64,000 bases of DNA from Salarias fasciatus (Eukaryota). The stretch is taken from positions 28,962,760 to 29,026,759 of the forward strand of contig NC_043762.1 of the NCBI RefSeq assembly GCF_902148845.1, in the 5' to 3' direction. Each line of letters opens with the position of its first letter. Positions within the stretch are counted from its first letter, which is position 1. Under the pieces are notes generated by a model. That model was not told the origin of the DNA, ran no database searches, and worked only from the letters and a program-made list of their open reading frames with translations. A program made the translations under genes and the position numbers. This document shows, piece after piece, positions 11,658 through 22,733 of the stretch.

Positions 11658-11777
11658 TCACTCTTTCCAGGAGAGAATGTAGACCAGGCCGTATCCATCA
11701 CCACAGACCAGCTCAGTGGGTTTTGCTGGATTTACTTCCAAAACCAGAACCGGTCCTTTACACACAAACATGCCCAC
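11658..11777 (-). CDS. tep1: TEP1 terminal coding exon VGMFVCKGPVLVLEVNPAKPTELVCGDGYGLVYILSWKE with TGA stop
   Basis: Acceptor cctttag|GTGGGC, in phase with the previous exon. Matches the human C-terminus LLGLFRCEGSVSCLEPWLGANSTLQLAVGDVQGNVYFLNWE*. Confidence 0.65.
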   Translation of the reverse strand: MGMFVCKGPVLVLEVNPAKPTELVCGDGYGLVYILSWKE

Positions 11778-12000
11778 CTAAAGGAAGAATTCACACACAG
11801 GGTAATGTTATTTTTGGGGTATTTACCTTTATGAAACTTGAGTAGAAAATAGTTTAATTTGATTTGATTTGTTGATTCAGAGGTAACTGAATTCCTGTTC
11901 ATTTACTTCACTTCCTTAATCTGCAATTGCACACATTTCACTGCATGTTGCACCTCTGGACAATAACAGCTCTCTTGTTGCACGACCGTGATGAAGTACC

Positions 12001-12105
12001 TGTTTCTTGGAGCTGCGGTCCCACAGCTTCACTGTGCGGTCGAGGGAAGCTGAGATGATGGTGGTGTCAGTCAGTCTCAGCTGAGTGATCCTGTCACTGT
12101 GAACC
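12001..12105 (-). CDS. tep1: TEP1 penultimate WD40 exon VHSDRITQLRLTDTTIISASLDRTVKLWDRSSKKQ
   Basis: Acceptor caattgtcag|GTTCAC and donor aaacag|gtactt. Matches TEP1 IHSGSVTALHVLPELLVTASKDRDVKLWERPSMQ. Confidence 0.65.
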
Positions 12106-12681
12106 TGACAATTGAAGAAACATCCCCATCAATAAACATCATTTACTGTATAACCATTTCTTCTCTGTGAGGTTTTGCTGGAAGATCTGAATTTATGGAA
12201 GTAATCTGAACAAAAATAAAACCTACTGGGCTGTCACATGTCAGGATCTGTCAGTGCAAATCTAAATTTTGGAGTTTGAGGCATTCTTGCTACATATGCA
12301 AATTGCCTCTGCAGTACGATTCCACATTGAAATGACCACTGACGATTTTACATAGTTACTCACAGAACTTGTTGCAGCACAGTCAGATGAAATACTGTAC
12401 TCACAGTGCTTTTAGGTTAGGGCATGTTTGAAATAGAGAAGCCCATTAATGTCTGTTTAACTTTATCTGATGAAAAGGAATCATCACAAGAAGATGTTTG
12501 TGGACATTATAAGAATCAGCGTAGAAACTACCCGATGTTATCCAATAAAAATTTAAGATGCACTGAACACATTCTAGAAAAGATAAAACAATGAAAACCT
12601 TGTCTTGATTTGAAAATGATTTCTGTGAACAAGCAACAGATAACATCTGTTGAGCTTTGAAGCTGAATCACTCTTCTCTTA

Positions 12682-12767
12682 CCAGTTTTTTGTTGCTCCA
12701 CGAGAAAAGCTCAGGAGGCAGATTAAACCACATGTTGCCCTCCATGTCACCGCACACCACAAATTCT
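12682..12767 (-). CDS. tep1: TEP1 exon EFVVCGDMEGNMWFNLPPELFSWSNKKL
   Basis: Acceptor tttctgtcag|AATTTG and donor aaactg|gtaaga. Phase 1 to 0, consistent with its neighbours. No clear human counterpart. Confidence 0.4.
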
Positions 12768-13014
12768 GACAGAAAAAGAAGAAAAAACATACTAAGCATC
12801 ATGTATTTAAGTGACGAACAAATTATTTGTTGATAAATCGAATGAACAAAAGTTACAAATGTAACTAGAATTCAATGAATCCCTGATGACCGCAAGAAGG
12901 CGTTCCCTTCGTGCATGCACAGTTCTAGTGTGCACACCAACAGCATCACCTGTGACCCCTGAGTGACCCTGGAGAGATCTTAATTTCTGGTGTCACCACA
13001 GGTTCAGTCCTTAC

Positions 13015-14324
13015 TAGGGGTGTAGCAATACATGTATTTGTATTGAACCGTTTCGGTTCGGTTCGGTACAGGACTGTGCACGGGTGAGTTCACGGGCCAA
13101 AGTTTTTTTTTTTTTTTTCCCCCGGCTCACGGGCCGGATGGTGCGTGTGTTTACGTTCTGCCGCTAGCATGTGCAGCTACACCTGCAGCCATGATTGCTA
13201 CTGCTAGCAGCTTCGTCCATGCCTCACATGTCCGCGTGGCGCATTGGTCCTGGTAATGTCATGAATTTCTGTCCACGGACGTCCGCGCGCAGGACAGATT
13301 TTGTGACCGCGTTGCGCGTATGCGCACGTCGCGCCGGTACACACATGCGCCAGAGCGCCACAGCAAACAAACCATGACAGACGCTAACTTTGAAAAGTGA
13401 GTCTGTGAAGCGAACAGGCTGCAACTCTGTCTGAAGAAACTCAGAGAAAAGCTGGAGGACGGAGAGAGCAGACTCTGTCAGGAGGAGGAGAAGGTCTGTC
13501 ACAGAAGAGAAGCAGTATACCGCGGCTGTCGGGGGGCTCACTTATTGGGGGGGATGCGCGTGCCTCGGAGGGAATATGTCTGCTTTAAGTGACGCTTAAG
13601 GCATAGCGCCCCCACGCTTCAATGGTGAGGACAAGTACTGCATGCAGGTCGGCATCTTTATTAAAGTGAAATCGTGATGCTCAAATCATCCATTAAAATT
13701 GGCCTAATTCTGCATATAATCCATGATTATGATCATACAAAATCAAGAATAATAAATTAAAGGAAATACATGGGGGAAACAGCATTTTTCCAATATTTAG
13801 GGCCCCCCCCAAAATTTCACAAATCATGTTTTCAGGGGGGCTCATGTCTCATCAAGGGGGGCTGAGACCCCCCTGGCCCCCCCATAATTCGCACCCTGAT
13901 TGAAAAGTATCTAATCGCTCGGACGCCGCCCCGAGATTCAGAAACAGAAAACAAAGGCTAAATAAACTGTGATACTAAATGATAACGTACTGACAATGTA
14001 TGTGCCTCATTTCCTATAAATAATCTGAAATAAAGGAGCAGATAAACAGTCTAGAGAGCCGGAAAAGCTTCTGGAGGATGTGTGGATCAGTGCGCCTGCA
14101 TGGAACGTACACAGCTGAGCCCAAATGTAGCAGGAGAGAAGAGCGTTGGCATCGGTGATGTGCCGCAAAGCAGACACAGACACGCGGACATGGGAAGCAT
14201 GGACAACAACAAGAACATTTAGGTTTTGCATTTTGTTCCCTACTGTATCAAAACCGAACCGAACCGTGACCTCAGAACCGAGGTACGTATCGAACCGAGA
14301 TTTTTGTGTATCGTTACACCCCTA
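13015..14324. mobile_element. Non-autonomous hAT-like DNA transposon (1310 bp) with a perfect 8-bp target-site duplication
   Basis: Terminal inverted repeats TAGGGGTGTAGCAATACA and TGTATCGTTACACCCCTA (16/18 match). Subterminal cggttcggttcgg repeats occur at both ends. GTCCTTAC is present at 13007-13014 and 14325-14332. No long ORF. Confidence 0.6.
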
Positions 14325-15239
14325 GTCCTTACAGAACCTTCTTGCATGATCATGAGGATTTTGCTATTTCATTCCTACTGACCGCCAGAAGGCGGTGCTG
14401 AAATCACGGAATGACTTATCCCAGCGCAGTCATGAGGAATTCCAGAAAAACCGACCTCACTGAGAAGCCTCTGCAGAGCCAAGGACCACGCCCACTGGGG
14501 TGGAGTGAGACATTTACCCTGTCACCCTTCTTCTAAACCTGGAAAGGTGCCAGGCGTCGTCCAGGAGGCACTGGCATATATTTCATCCAGGGGTACTCCC
14601 CTCAAGGTGGGTCTGGATGTGGACACCACCTTGGTGGAGAGGCACACCTGGTAGCAGAGGCGGCTCATCGCCTGGTGAGACGGGCGAATAGTGTCCACAA
14701 CCCAGTGGGATAAGTGCTGCTTGGAGAGAGCACAGCCTCCATTAGGGCCTCTATTGCAGACAGAAAGCTGTTTGGACATATACATGCCTGTGGTAGCATC
14801 AGTGTTACATTTCAGAGCTCTGACTGGGCACAAGATCAAAAGAAAAGTTCTGCCCTGCCTCCAGGACTGCTCGATGGAGGGTCAAATCGAGCGAGCCTTA
14901 TAGGTTGGTTAAAATTTAAACCCGACAGCACCTTCGGCCGCCACACTCCGGAGAGCTCTGTCAGATGCCTCCTTCAAGGAGGACTGCAGAAGACACACGT
15001 GGTGCCGTGCTTGGACCAGCAAAGACATCATCCGCCTGAGCTGTTTTGATACCAGAGCCTGTAGAGCCGTGCCGCTAAAGGTCATGGCAGAGGAGTTGAC
15101 GCTGTCCTCTTGCAGGGAAGCAGAGAGGGGAAACATGAAGTGAGCCAAGGAGTTCCCAAAATGCCCAGATTTCTGCACCGGTGTTACAGGCTCCTGTAGG
15201 AGGTCGTCAGTTATCCGACCCTGGAGTCGAGGGGACTTA

Positions 15240-15590
15240 ATGATAATGCATTGGTTTTATATAGCGCTTTTCAGGACACTCAAAGACGCTTTACATTGCA
15301 TTATTCATTCTCTCCATACTGGGTGGTGGTAAGCTACTACTGTAGCCACAGCTGCCCTGGGGCAGACTGACGGAAGCGAGGCTGCCAGACTGCACCATCG
15401 GCCCCTCCGACCACCACCAACCATTCACTCTCACAACTTTCATACTAGGCAAGGTGGGTGAAGTGTCTTGCCCAAGGACACAACGACAGTTTTACGCCTG
15501 CGGGAGCCGGGATCGAACCGCCAACCTTCCGGTTATGAGATGACCTGCTCTACCAACTGAGCGACTGTCGCCCCCGACTTCACAGCTGAT
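15240..15590 (-). mobile_element. tRNA-derived SINE with a conserved central domain, full copy
   Basis: Reverse complement of 15495-15570 is gctcagttggtagagcaggtcatctcataaccggaaggttggcggttcgatcccggctcc, a tRNA-like head. The body is shared with 6880-7170. Confidence 0.5.
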
Positions 15591-16258
15591 GGAAGAGTCC
15601 CCTTTGGAGACACAATGAGGGATGCTGTGGCCTATGGCTCAACCTTGGGCATGCATTCCAGGCCGGCTTCAGCTGCACCATGCATGGCCACCAGTGCTCG
15701 GCTGTCGACTAAAACTCTGAAGGAACCGTGCTATCCCTCCAGTAAGAATGCAGCTTCCTGAAGAAGTCCTCTGGGGGAGGGACAGCAAATGCAGAGGGGT
15801 ACTGGGACTGCCTGCACTGGAAGAAGGCAAGAAGGTGTGTCTGCCATCGCAGCCTTGGAGGGCAAACTTCGCTGCTCCGACCAACACAGTCGTAAGGCTA
15901 CCAGCAATGAAGTATGATGCCATATCGGCAAGACCCATTATCTTCAAAACTGTAGTTTACTGTCGCCGGCGACACTCAAGAAGAAAAGAGGAACCGAACC
16001 TGTGGTGACACCAGAACGTATTACCTTTCAGGGGTCACCCAGGGGTCACAGGCTGGTATGAATACAACAACTGTACATGCGCAAAGAGAACATTTCACGC
16101 TTTCAGCACCGACTTCTGGCAGTCAGTAGGAATGAAATAGAATTTCCAAAGATCCTTTTTTCAGTCTTACGTGGAACTGAATGGATTTTTTCCCCCGAAG
16201 TTTTTTGTTTCTTGAGAACAAATAGTTGAGAAATTAAATTGAAGTAAATAGTAAATAC

Positions 16259-16793
16259 CTCTGTCCTTTGTTAGAGCAGTTATGAGGCTCCCCCCCTTCT
16301 TCAGCTCCTTCTGCTCCTCCTCATCTTCTTCCTCCTCATCCTCTTCGTTCCACTTCTCCTGGTTCTCCTGCTCCTCCTCATTCTCCTCCTGGTTCTGCTC
16401 ATCATCATTCTTTTGGCTCTGCTTCTCCTCATTCTTCTTCTGTTCCTGATGTCCTGTCATGTTCTGCTTCTTCTCATCTTCCTCCTGATGCTCCAGCTCC
16501 TCCTCCTCCTTCTCTTCCTGACTCTCCACCTTTTCATTCTTCTCATTTTCTTGCAGTTGTGAGAGCTTCTCCTCCTCATCCTCCATGTTTTCATCTTTCT
16601 GATCTTCCTCTGCTTTCTTTACCTTCTCTTCCTCCAACTTTTCTTCCTCCTCCTCCTTCTCATCAGTCTTCTCTTCCTCCTCATCACCTTCCTGCTCCTC
16701 CTCTTCCTCATCCTCCTTCACACACCTATCAGCCTCCTTCAGAGTGATTGAGCTGAATCCTGAACTGTGTCTTCCTTTGGAGCCCATGTTGAA
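16259..16793 (-). CDS. tep1: TEP1 exon encoding a greatly expanded Glu/Lys/Gln-rich acidic linker (FNMGSKGRHSSGFSSITLKEADRCVKEDEEEEE...EEEQKELKKGGSLITALTKDR)
   Basis: Acceptor ctcttgcag|TTCAAC and donor gacagag|gtattt; 535 nt in one open frame. Phase is continuous with the next exon (12682-12767). It sits where human TEP1 has ...TGNMWQKKANTPETQ...ESDASMDSDASMDSEPTP, and the starts (FNMGSKGR vs GNMWQKK) align. Confidence 0.45.
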
Positions 16794-17086
16794 CTGCAAG
16801 AGAGGACAAAGTCATGTTTCTCTAAAAACAGCCGTTAGTTTTGATTTGGAGATTCAGAAAAGATGCTCCTAAAGAAAAGTAGAACAAAGCAGAATTTTTC
16901 AGTGTGTGAAGCTTCAACTATATGAAGGAGCCTGTGATTGCAAGTCTAATTGAAGCTGATGTGTCTTATTGGGAAACTTGTAAAACAGGAATACATTCCC
17001 CCGAGACAGTGGAGATTATTGAACTATTTAGTTGAGGTTGACCAACAACATTAAGGTGTTACAGTCAAAGTAAAACTCACCAAGAA

Positions 17087-17180
17087 GCCGATGGTAACAT
17101 TTCCGTCTTCTTCACCGAGCAGCCACGCACTATTGCTGTCTTTACGGATTACAGCATGGATACGAAAAGTGAAGCGCCAG
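17087..17180 (-). CDS. tep1: Probable TEP1 exon WRFTFRIHAVIRKDSNSAWLLGEEDGNVTIGFL
   Basis: Acceptor cattttaag|CTGGCGC and donor cttcttg|gtgagt. The peptide is WD-like. Confidence 0.4.
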
Positions 17181-18586
17181 CTTAAAATGAAAAAACACAC
17201 ACAGAGGTGTTTTCCTGAACGATGCAAATTCTTGAATGTACCATTATTACACATATACAAAGACATTTAATTAACAACGTGTGCTGTTGTAAATGTTTGC
17301 TGCATTCAACAATTCTAAAAATGGTTTACTCTGAATTTCCACTTCAAAAACTCAAGCTCTCTGGAATGCATAATTCCCCTTTTAAACCTCATCATGTCAC
17401 TGCTGTATCCCATTGAACTGGTTATATAAAGTAATTTGACAATCCATGGCCAGTGTTTCAAAACAAAATTAAAATGTTTTCATTCTCACACAAAAAAAAT
17501 CTGTTTCAGAAGCTAAAAGGTTGTGATTAGGTTACAATATCACTAAAGCATGAGCTTTTAATGATTTCCATTCTGCTGCTTTGGGGTTTTCTTGAATATA
17601 AACTCACTCTGTGATCACATGATCCCGTCTGTCGCTCATGTCAAGTGAGACCTCGGATAACCATCCACAGGAGGACACCCCCAGCAGTACTGAGCAGTAG
17701 AAGAGGTGCTGCACTTCCTCTTTCGCTTTGTAGGAGGTCACCTTCACCAGGCTGCAAGGAACAAACACAGAACAAGCAAACTCTCACCCAGTTTAACACG
17801 GACGCAAGATCTAATTATTAAACTTTTTCAGCAAGCAGCACCATGTTGGTTCTGCATTGAAGTAAAGCTCAAAGTTGTGCATTATGTCTGCAATACACAA
17901 CTGCCTGCAATGTGTATTTAAGACTGTAATTATTTTCAGGACAAAAAGATTGATTTTGACTTCATGTGAGACAGGTTGAGGCATCTAGTTTGTGACTGAA
18001 TGCTTGTACAGAAGTCCCAGGGTTCACCGTCATTAGTTGTATATATATATCAGCACAAAGCTCCAGTGGGGAACATTTTTTTTTTTTTTCAGTTTTTGAA
18101 TTATTTTGAGGTGAAAATGGGTGTAGGATAAGGGGATAAGGATTACACCTGGAATATCCTGTCACAGGAGAAAGAACAAGAATGGAAGGGTCATTTTAGG
18201 ATTCTGAGTTACACTTCTGGTGGTAGTTGCAGGGACAGTATATGAGAGCAATGTTTAAACATTTTCAAGAATGGCGAAAATAATTGAGGATCCAGGACGA
18301 CGTAAAGTTGTGCCCCATTGCGACTTAGTTTTGGACTTTTGTGGAAACAAAATTCAGTGATGTGGGTTCAACAGTCTTGCTAAAATGGACATTATGGAAA
18401 CTGCAAATACAGTAGTATTTGGTGAAATTAGATAGCCTTCTGTAATACAGAGAGTACACTGAACTATCTGGACTCAGGTCACATCTGAACATAAATCAAG
18501 GCTGTGATTTTTAGGTAAAGAAAGGTTTTAGAGTAAGATTAGATTGACCACAAAGAAGAGAGATGTCAGAACTCTGATATTTACCT

Positions 18587-18709
18587 GGCCTTGTTGTGTT
18601 CTTCATTCCACATCATCTGCCAAACATCAACCTGCAGCGATGTCTTGTTGCTAATAGCTAGCTGGTCTTTGGGCATGAAGCAGGCTGCTGTGATGGGGGA
18701 GTCGGACAC
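18587..18709 (-). CDS. tep1: TEP1 WD40 exon VSDSPITAACFMPKDQLAISNKTSLQVDVWQMMWNEEHNKAR
   Basis: Acceptor ttgtgtcag|GTGTCC and donor ggccag|gtaaat. Confidence 0.45.
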
Positions 18710-18790
18710 CTGACACAAACATTCATCTGGTTCACTTCAACATGAAAACATATGTCTACATCGATAACCTTTCTCGTGGAAATACTCACC

Positions 18791-18920
18791 TGTTTGTGGG
18801 TAATAATGGCGTGGTGACGCCACACCTCCACCAAACCGGACTCATAACCAGCAACAAACATTTCACCGTTTTCAGAGTAGCTCATAACTGCAACCGAGTT
18901 CTTCTGGTCCTTGGGATAGT
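18791..18920 (-). CDS. tep1: TEP1 WD40 exon DYPKDQKNSVAVMSYSENGEMFVAGYESGLVEVWRHHAIITHKQ
   Basis: Acceptor ctggacag|ACTATCC and donor aaacag|gtgagt. Confidence 0.5.
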
Positions 18921-19983
18921 CTGTCCAGAAAGGGGATAATATGGTTTTAAAAATGAGTCTGACATGACAAAAGACAGCTGAAGAGGAAACTGTGCTCATC
19001 TGGCTGTGCTGCAACTGAACAATGTGCATCTGCATATCTACACTTGTGAGACTTTTATTCAGATTGAAAAACTAGATGGAAGCTGAAGTTAAAGGGGCTG
19101 TATCATGCAAAATTCACTTTTTGTATGTTTTAACCTTGTTATATAGTTATGTACTCACCAAAAACACCCCCAAAGCGTTTTTTTCCTTCGTGCCTGCGTG
19201 TTTGAGCTTTCCTCATGTTTGTGCTGCTCAGAGAGGCAGCCCCTCCCGCACCCGTGAAAACGCTCTGTTTTCCCACGTTCACGTCACACGGTGAAGATGG
19301 CTCCCCTGAGCCCCCCTCCCGCAGGCCCTCGGCAATCAGCGTTGCTGCTTTTTGTCACTCCGATTACGGAGATAAAGTTTAACCATCGTCTGAAAGCAAC
19401 AATCAAGCAAAAGCAGGAGTCTGAAGAGTCTGCGCTTGGTGAGTTTCTAACAGGAAAAGAAGTTTTCGCGTGTAGAGAAGCTAGAGCTAAAGAGCTAAAG
19501 CTAGCTAGCGTATTTGTTTTGAAGCGCTGATTGGTTGAAGTACGCTGTCAGTCAAAGTCCACAGGGGGAGAGGCGGGATTTCAGTGAAACAGAGCGTTTT
19601 CTCTTCCAGGTTTCAGAATTAGCCCCAGAAAATCTTTTATTTCACACAAAATTACTTTTCCTTAGCGCCAAAAATAAACTATTACCATGTTAGAGCCATT
19701 TCTAGGGTTTGGACTAGCTAAAAAAGCATGATACAGCCCCTTTAAGTTCTGTAACTGTCTGCTTTTCATCATCTTAAAAATTTTATTGTGTGTGTGTCAT
19801 TTCTGTCATCCTTTTATTTCAAGTCTATTTTCCCCCATTGTAATGTTCTCACATCCTCCGGTCCCCCTTTAAAAAAGGGGAACCACCACCCCAGTCTGCC
19901 AATCCAGAGGCACTGTCCCTGACCGCCACGCGATGTTGCATAGACGTGTCAACCAAGACAGTCCCTGAACATCCGGAGACTTA

Positions 19984-20509
19984 AAGCTGGGGTTGGCGAT
20001 CTTGGAAAACTAGCATGTAGCACGAATGTAGCATCTCCCCAAGGCTCCGCCCAGCTCCCACCCCATTGGAGGAGCTCCGTTGGGAGCGGAGACGCGGAGA
20101 CGTGCGCGCGGTGCGCGCAGCGCTTCCGCGTCCAGTGCGTTCCTGGCGTAACCTGTCCTCAGCGCTTCGTTTCTTCGTTTTTCTTTATTTGGACTACTCC
20201 AAGTTATGGCGCACTTCTCCGCCATTCTGCAACGACGCTCCGTCCTTCTACGCGCGCACTGAACCAGCACGCCATTGACATGTACGCGCAGGGGGCAGGT
20301 CGAACGGCGAAGGGATTTGATTGGTTTAAAAAAAGGTGTCCCGTCAAGACGATTGGTTGCTGTTTTCCCCGTTTTACTCCTGCTGTAGATAGCGGATATT
20401 TTCCAAACTACTTTAAGAACACGCCATGAATTGCTTCCTATCGGGTCATAAAGATCATTTTAACCAGTATTTAAAAAAATGTATCTCATTCAAATCGCCA
20501 ACCCTAGCT
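19984..20509. mobile_element. 526-bp MITE with 19-21 bp terminal inverted repeats and a TTAA target-site duplication (piggyBac-like target choice), inserted in the RT region of LINE copy 1
   Basis: Left end agctggggttggcgatcttgg; right end reverse-complements to agctagggttggcgatttg. TTAA is present at 19980-83 and 20510-13. Removing the element rejoins the LINE frame as ..GVDEIGPEYLK|SPDVQGLSWLTRLCN... No internal ORF. Confidence 0.55.
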
Positions 20510-22586
20510 TTAAGGTACTCAGGGCCAATCTCATCCACCCCCGGTGCCTTGCCACCGAGGAGCTTACCGACCACCTCGGTGACTTCAGCTTGGGTGATGG
20601 ACGAGTCCACCTCTGAGACCTCAGTCCACCTCTGAGACCTCAGCCTCTGCTTCCTCCACGGAAGACGTGGCGACGGGATTGAGGAGGTACTCGAAGTATT
20701 CCTTCCACCGTCCAACAATATCCCCAGTTGAGGTCAGCAGCTCCTCCTCCACTGTAAACAGTGTTAGTAGAGACCTGCTTTCCCCTCCTGAGGCGCCGGA
20801 CGGTTTGCCAGAATTTCTTTGAGGCTGACCAATAGTCCTTCTCCATGGCCTCCTGAACTCCTCCCAGATCCGAGTTTTTGCCTCCACAACCGCTCGAGCT
20901 GCAGTTCGCTTGGCCTGCCGGTACCTGTCAGCTGCTTCCGGAGTCCCATGAGCCAACAAGGCTCGATAGGACTCCTTTTTCACCTTGACAGCAGCCCTGA
21001 CTTCCGGTGTCCATCACCGGGTTCAGGGGTTACCGCCACGACAGGCACCTGTTGAAGTTGAAGTTCCCCAGTAGAACAATGGAGTCCCCAGTCACCCCTC
21101 CCAGAGACTCTAAGAAGGCCGGGTACTCAGCACCGCTGTTCAGCCCGTAAGCCGAGACAACAGTGAGGCACCTATTCCCGACCCGAAGGCGCAGAGATGC
21201 GACCCTCTCGTTCACTAGGGAAAACTCCAACACATGGCGGCTGAGCTGTGGGCCTATAAGCAAACCCACACCAGTCCACCGCCTCTCACCACGGGCAATG
21301 CCAGTGAAGGGGAGAGTCCAGCCCTTCTCGAGAGGTTGGGTTCCAGAGCCCTGGCTGTGTTGAGGTGAGCTCGACTATACCTAGCCGGTACCTCTCCAGG
21401 GTTTCCGCCAGACCTTTTCAGTCCGGGTGCCCCGCCCGCGCTAAATTGTGCAGCGCCCGGACAACGGAGAGGAGAAAAAAAAAACAAAACTCTCCGACAG
21501 TCGAACACCGGCAGCGTTAGGCGTTAGCAGTGACACCACACGCCCCCACCCCCCCCCACCGGCCAAACTTTTCTCCTTCAGAAAACACTGCTCCCAACCA
21601 CCCTCAAAAGGTCAGGCTCCTTTCCCCCCCAACGAGGATGTGCTCCAACTATAGGGGAATCACACTCCTCAGCCTCCCTGGGAAAGTCTACTCCAGGATA
21701 CTGGAGAGGAGGATTCGACCGATAGTCAAACCTCGGATTCAGGAGGAACAATGCGGTTTTCGTCCTGGTCGCCGAACACTGGACCAGCTCTAGACCCTAC
21801 ATAGGGTGCTCAAGGGTTCTTGGGAGTGCGCCTGACCAGTTCACATGTGTTTTGTGGACTTGGAAAAGGCGTTTGACCGCGTCTCTCGTGGTGTCTTGTG
21901 GGGGGTGCTTCAGGAATATGGAGTCCGGGGCCCCTTGTTAAGGGCCGTTTGGTCTCTGTATGACTGGAGTAGGAGTCTGGTCCACTTTGCCGGCAGTAAG
22001 TCGGGCCTGTTCCCGGTGCATATTGGACTCTGGCAGGGCTGCCCTTTGTCACCGGTTCTGTTCGTCATTTTTATGGACAGAATTTCTAGGTGCAGCCAGG
22101 GGCCGGAGGGGGTCCGGTTCAGGGACCACAGGATTTCATCTTTGCTTTTTGCCAATAATGTTATCCTGTTAAATTTATCATACCTGGACCTGCAGCATGC
22201 ACTGGGGAGGTTCACAGCCATATGTGAAGCGACAGGGATGAGGACCAGCACCTCCAAATCTGAGGCCATGGTCCTCGACCAGAAGAAGGTAGTTTGCCCT
22301 TTCCAGGTTGGTGGAGAGACTGCGGCTGTGGTGATGCAGTCGTTGTATCGGTCCATTGTGGTGAAGAAGGAGCTGAGCCGAAAGGCGAAGCTCTGGATTT
22401 ACTGGTCAATCTACGTTCCCACCCTCATCTATGGTCATGAGCTTTGGGTCATGACTGAAAGGACAAGATCCCGGATACAAGCGGCTGAAATGATCTTCCT
22501 CCGTCGGGTGGCTGGGCTCCCTTAGAGACAGGGGGAGGAGCTCAGTCACCAGGGAGGAGCTCGGAGTGCGCCGCAGCCGCATCGTG

Positions 22587-22588
<2 letters not shown>

Positions 22589-22619
<31 letters not shown>
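22589..22619 (+). repeat. Poly(A) tract of 31 nt inside the 3' region of LINE copy 1
   Basis: A31 follows ...cgcatcgtgatt and precedes the poly(C)-containing segment. Confidence 0.9.
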
Positions 22620-22623
<4 letters not shown>

Positions 22624-22688
22624 CTTTTGGCCGAGTTGGTAAGCAGCTTACAGTCAAGTTGGCACCGACCAACTCGGCCACTTGAGAG

Positions 22689-22724
<36 letters not shown>

Positions 22725-22733
22725 CGAGGCCGA
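22689..22733 (+). repeat. Poly(C) homopolymer of about 45 nt (poly(G) on the minus strand)
   Basis: Uninterrupted C run. It sits inside a structured segment, 22620-22830, that has palindromic ggccgagttgg/ccaactcggcc arms and duplicated gccgacttgactgtatccc motifs. Confidence 0.9.

Noticed and set aside
11893-11910. Apparent terminal mini-exon IKEVK* after the 12001-12105 exon
   Set aside because: A downstream exon at 11658-11777 (VGMFVCKG...SWKE*) joins in phase and matches the TEP1 C-terminus, so the mini-exon is a chance acceptor followed by a stop.
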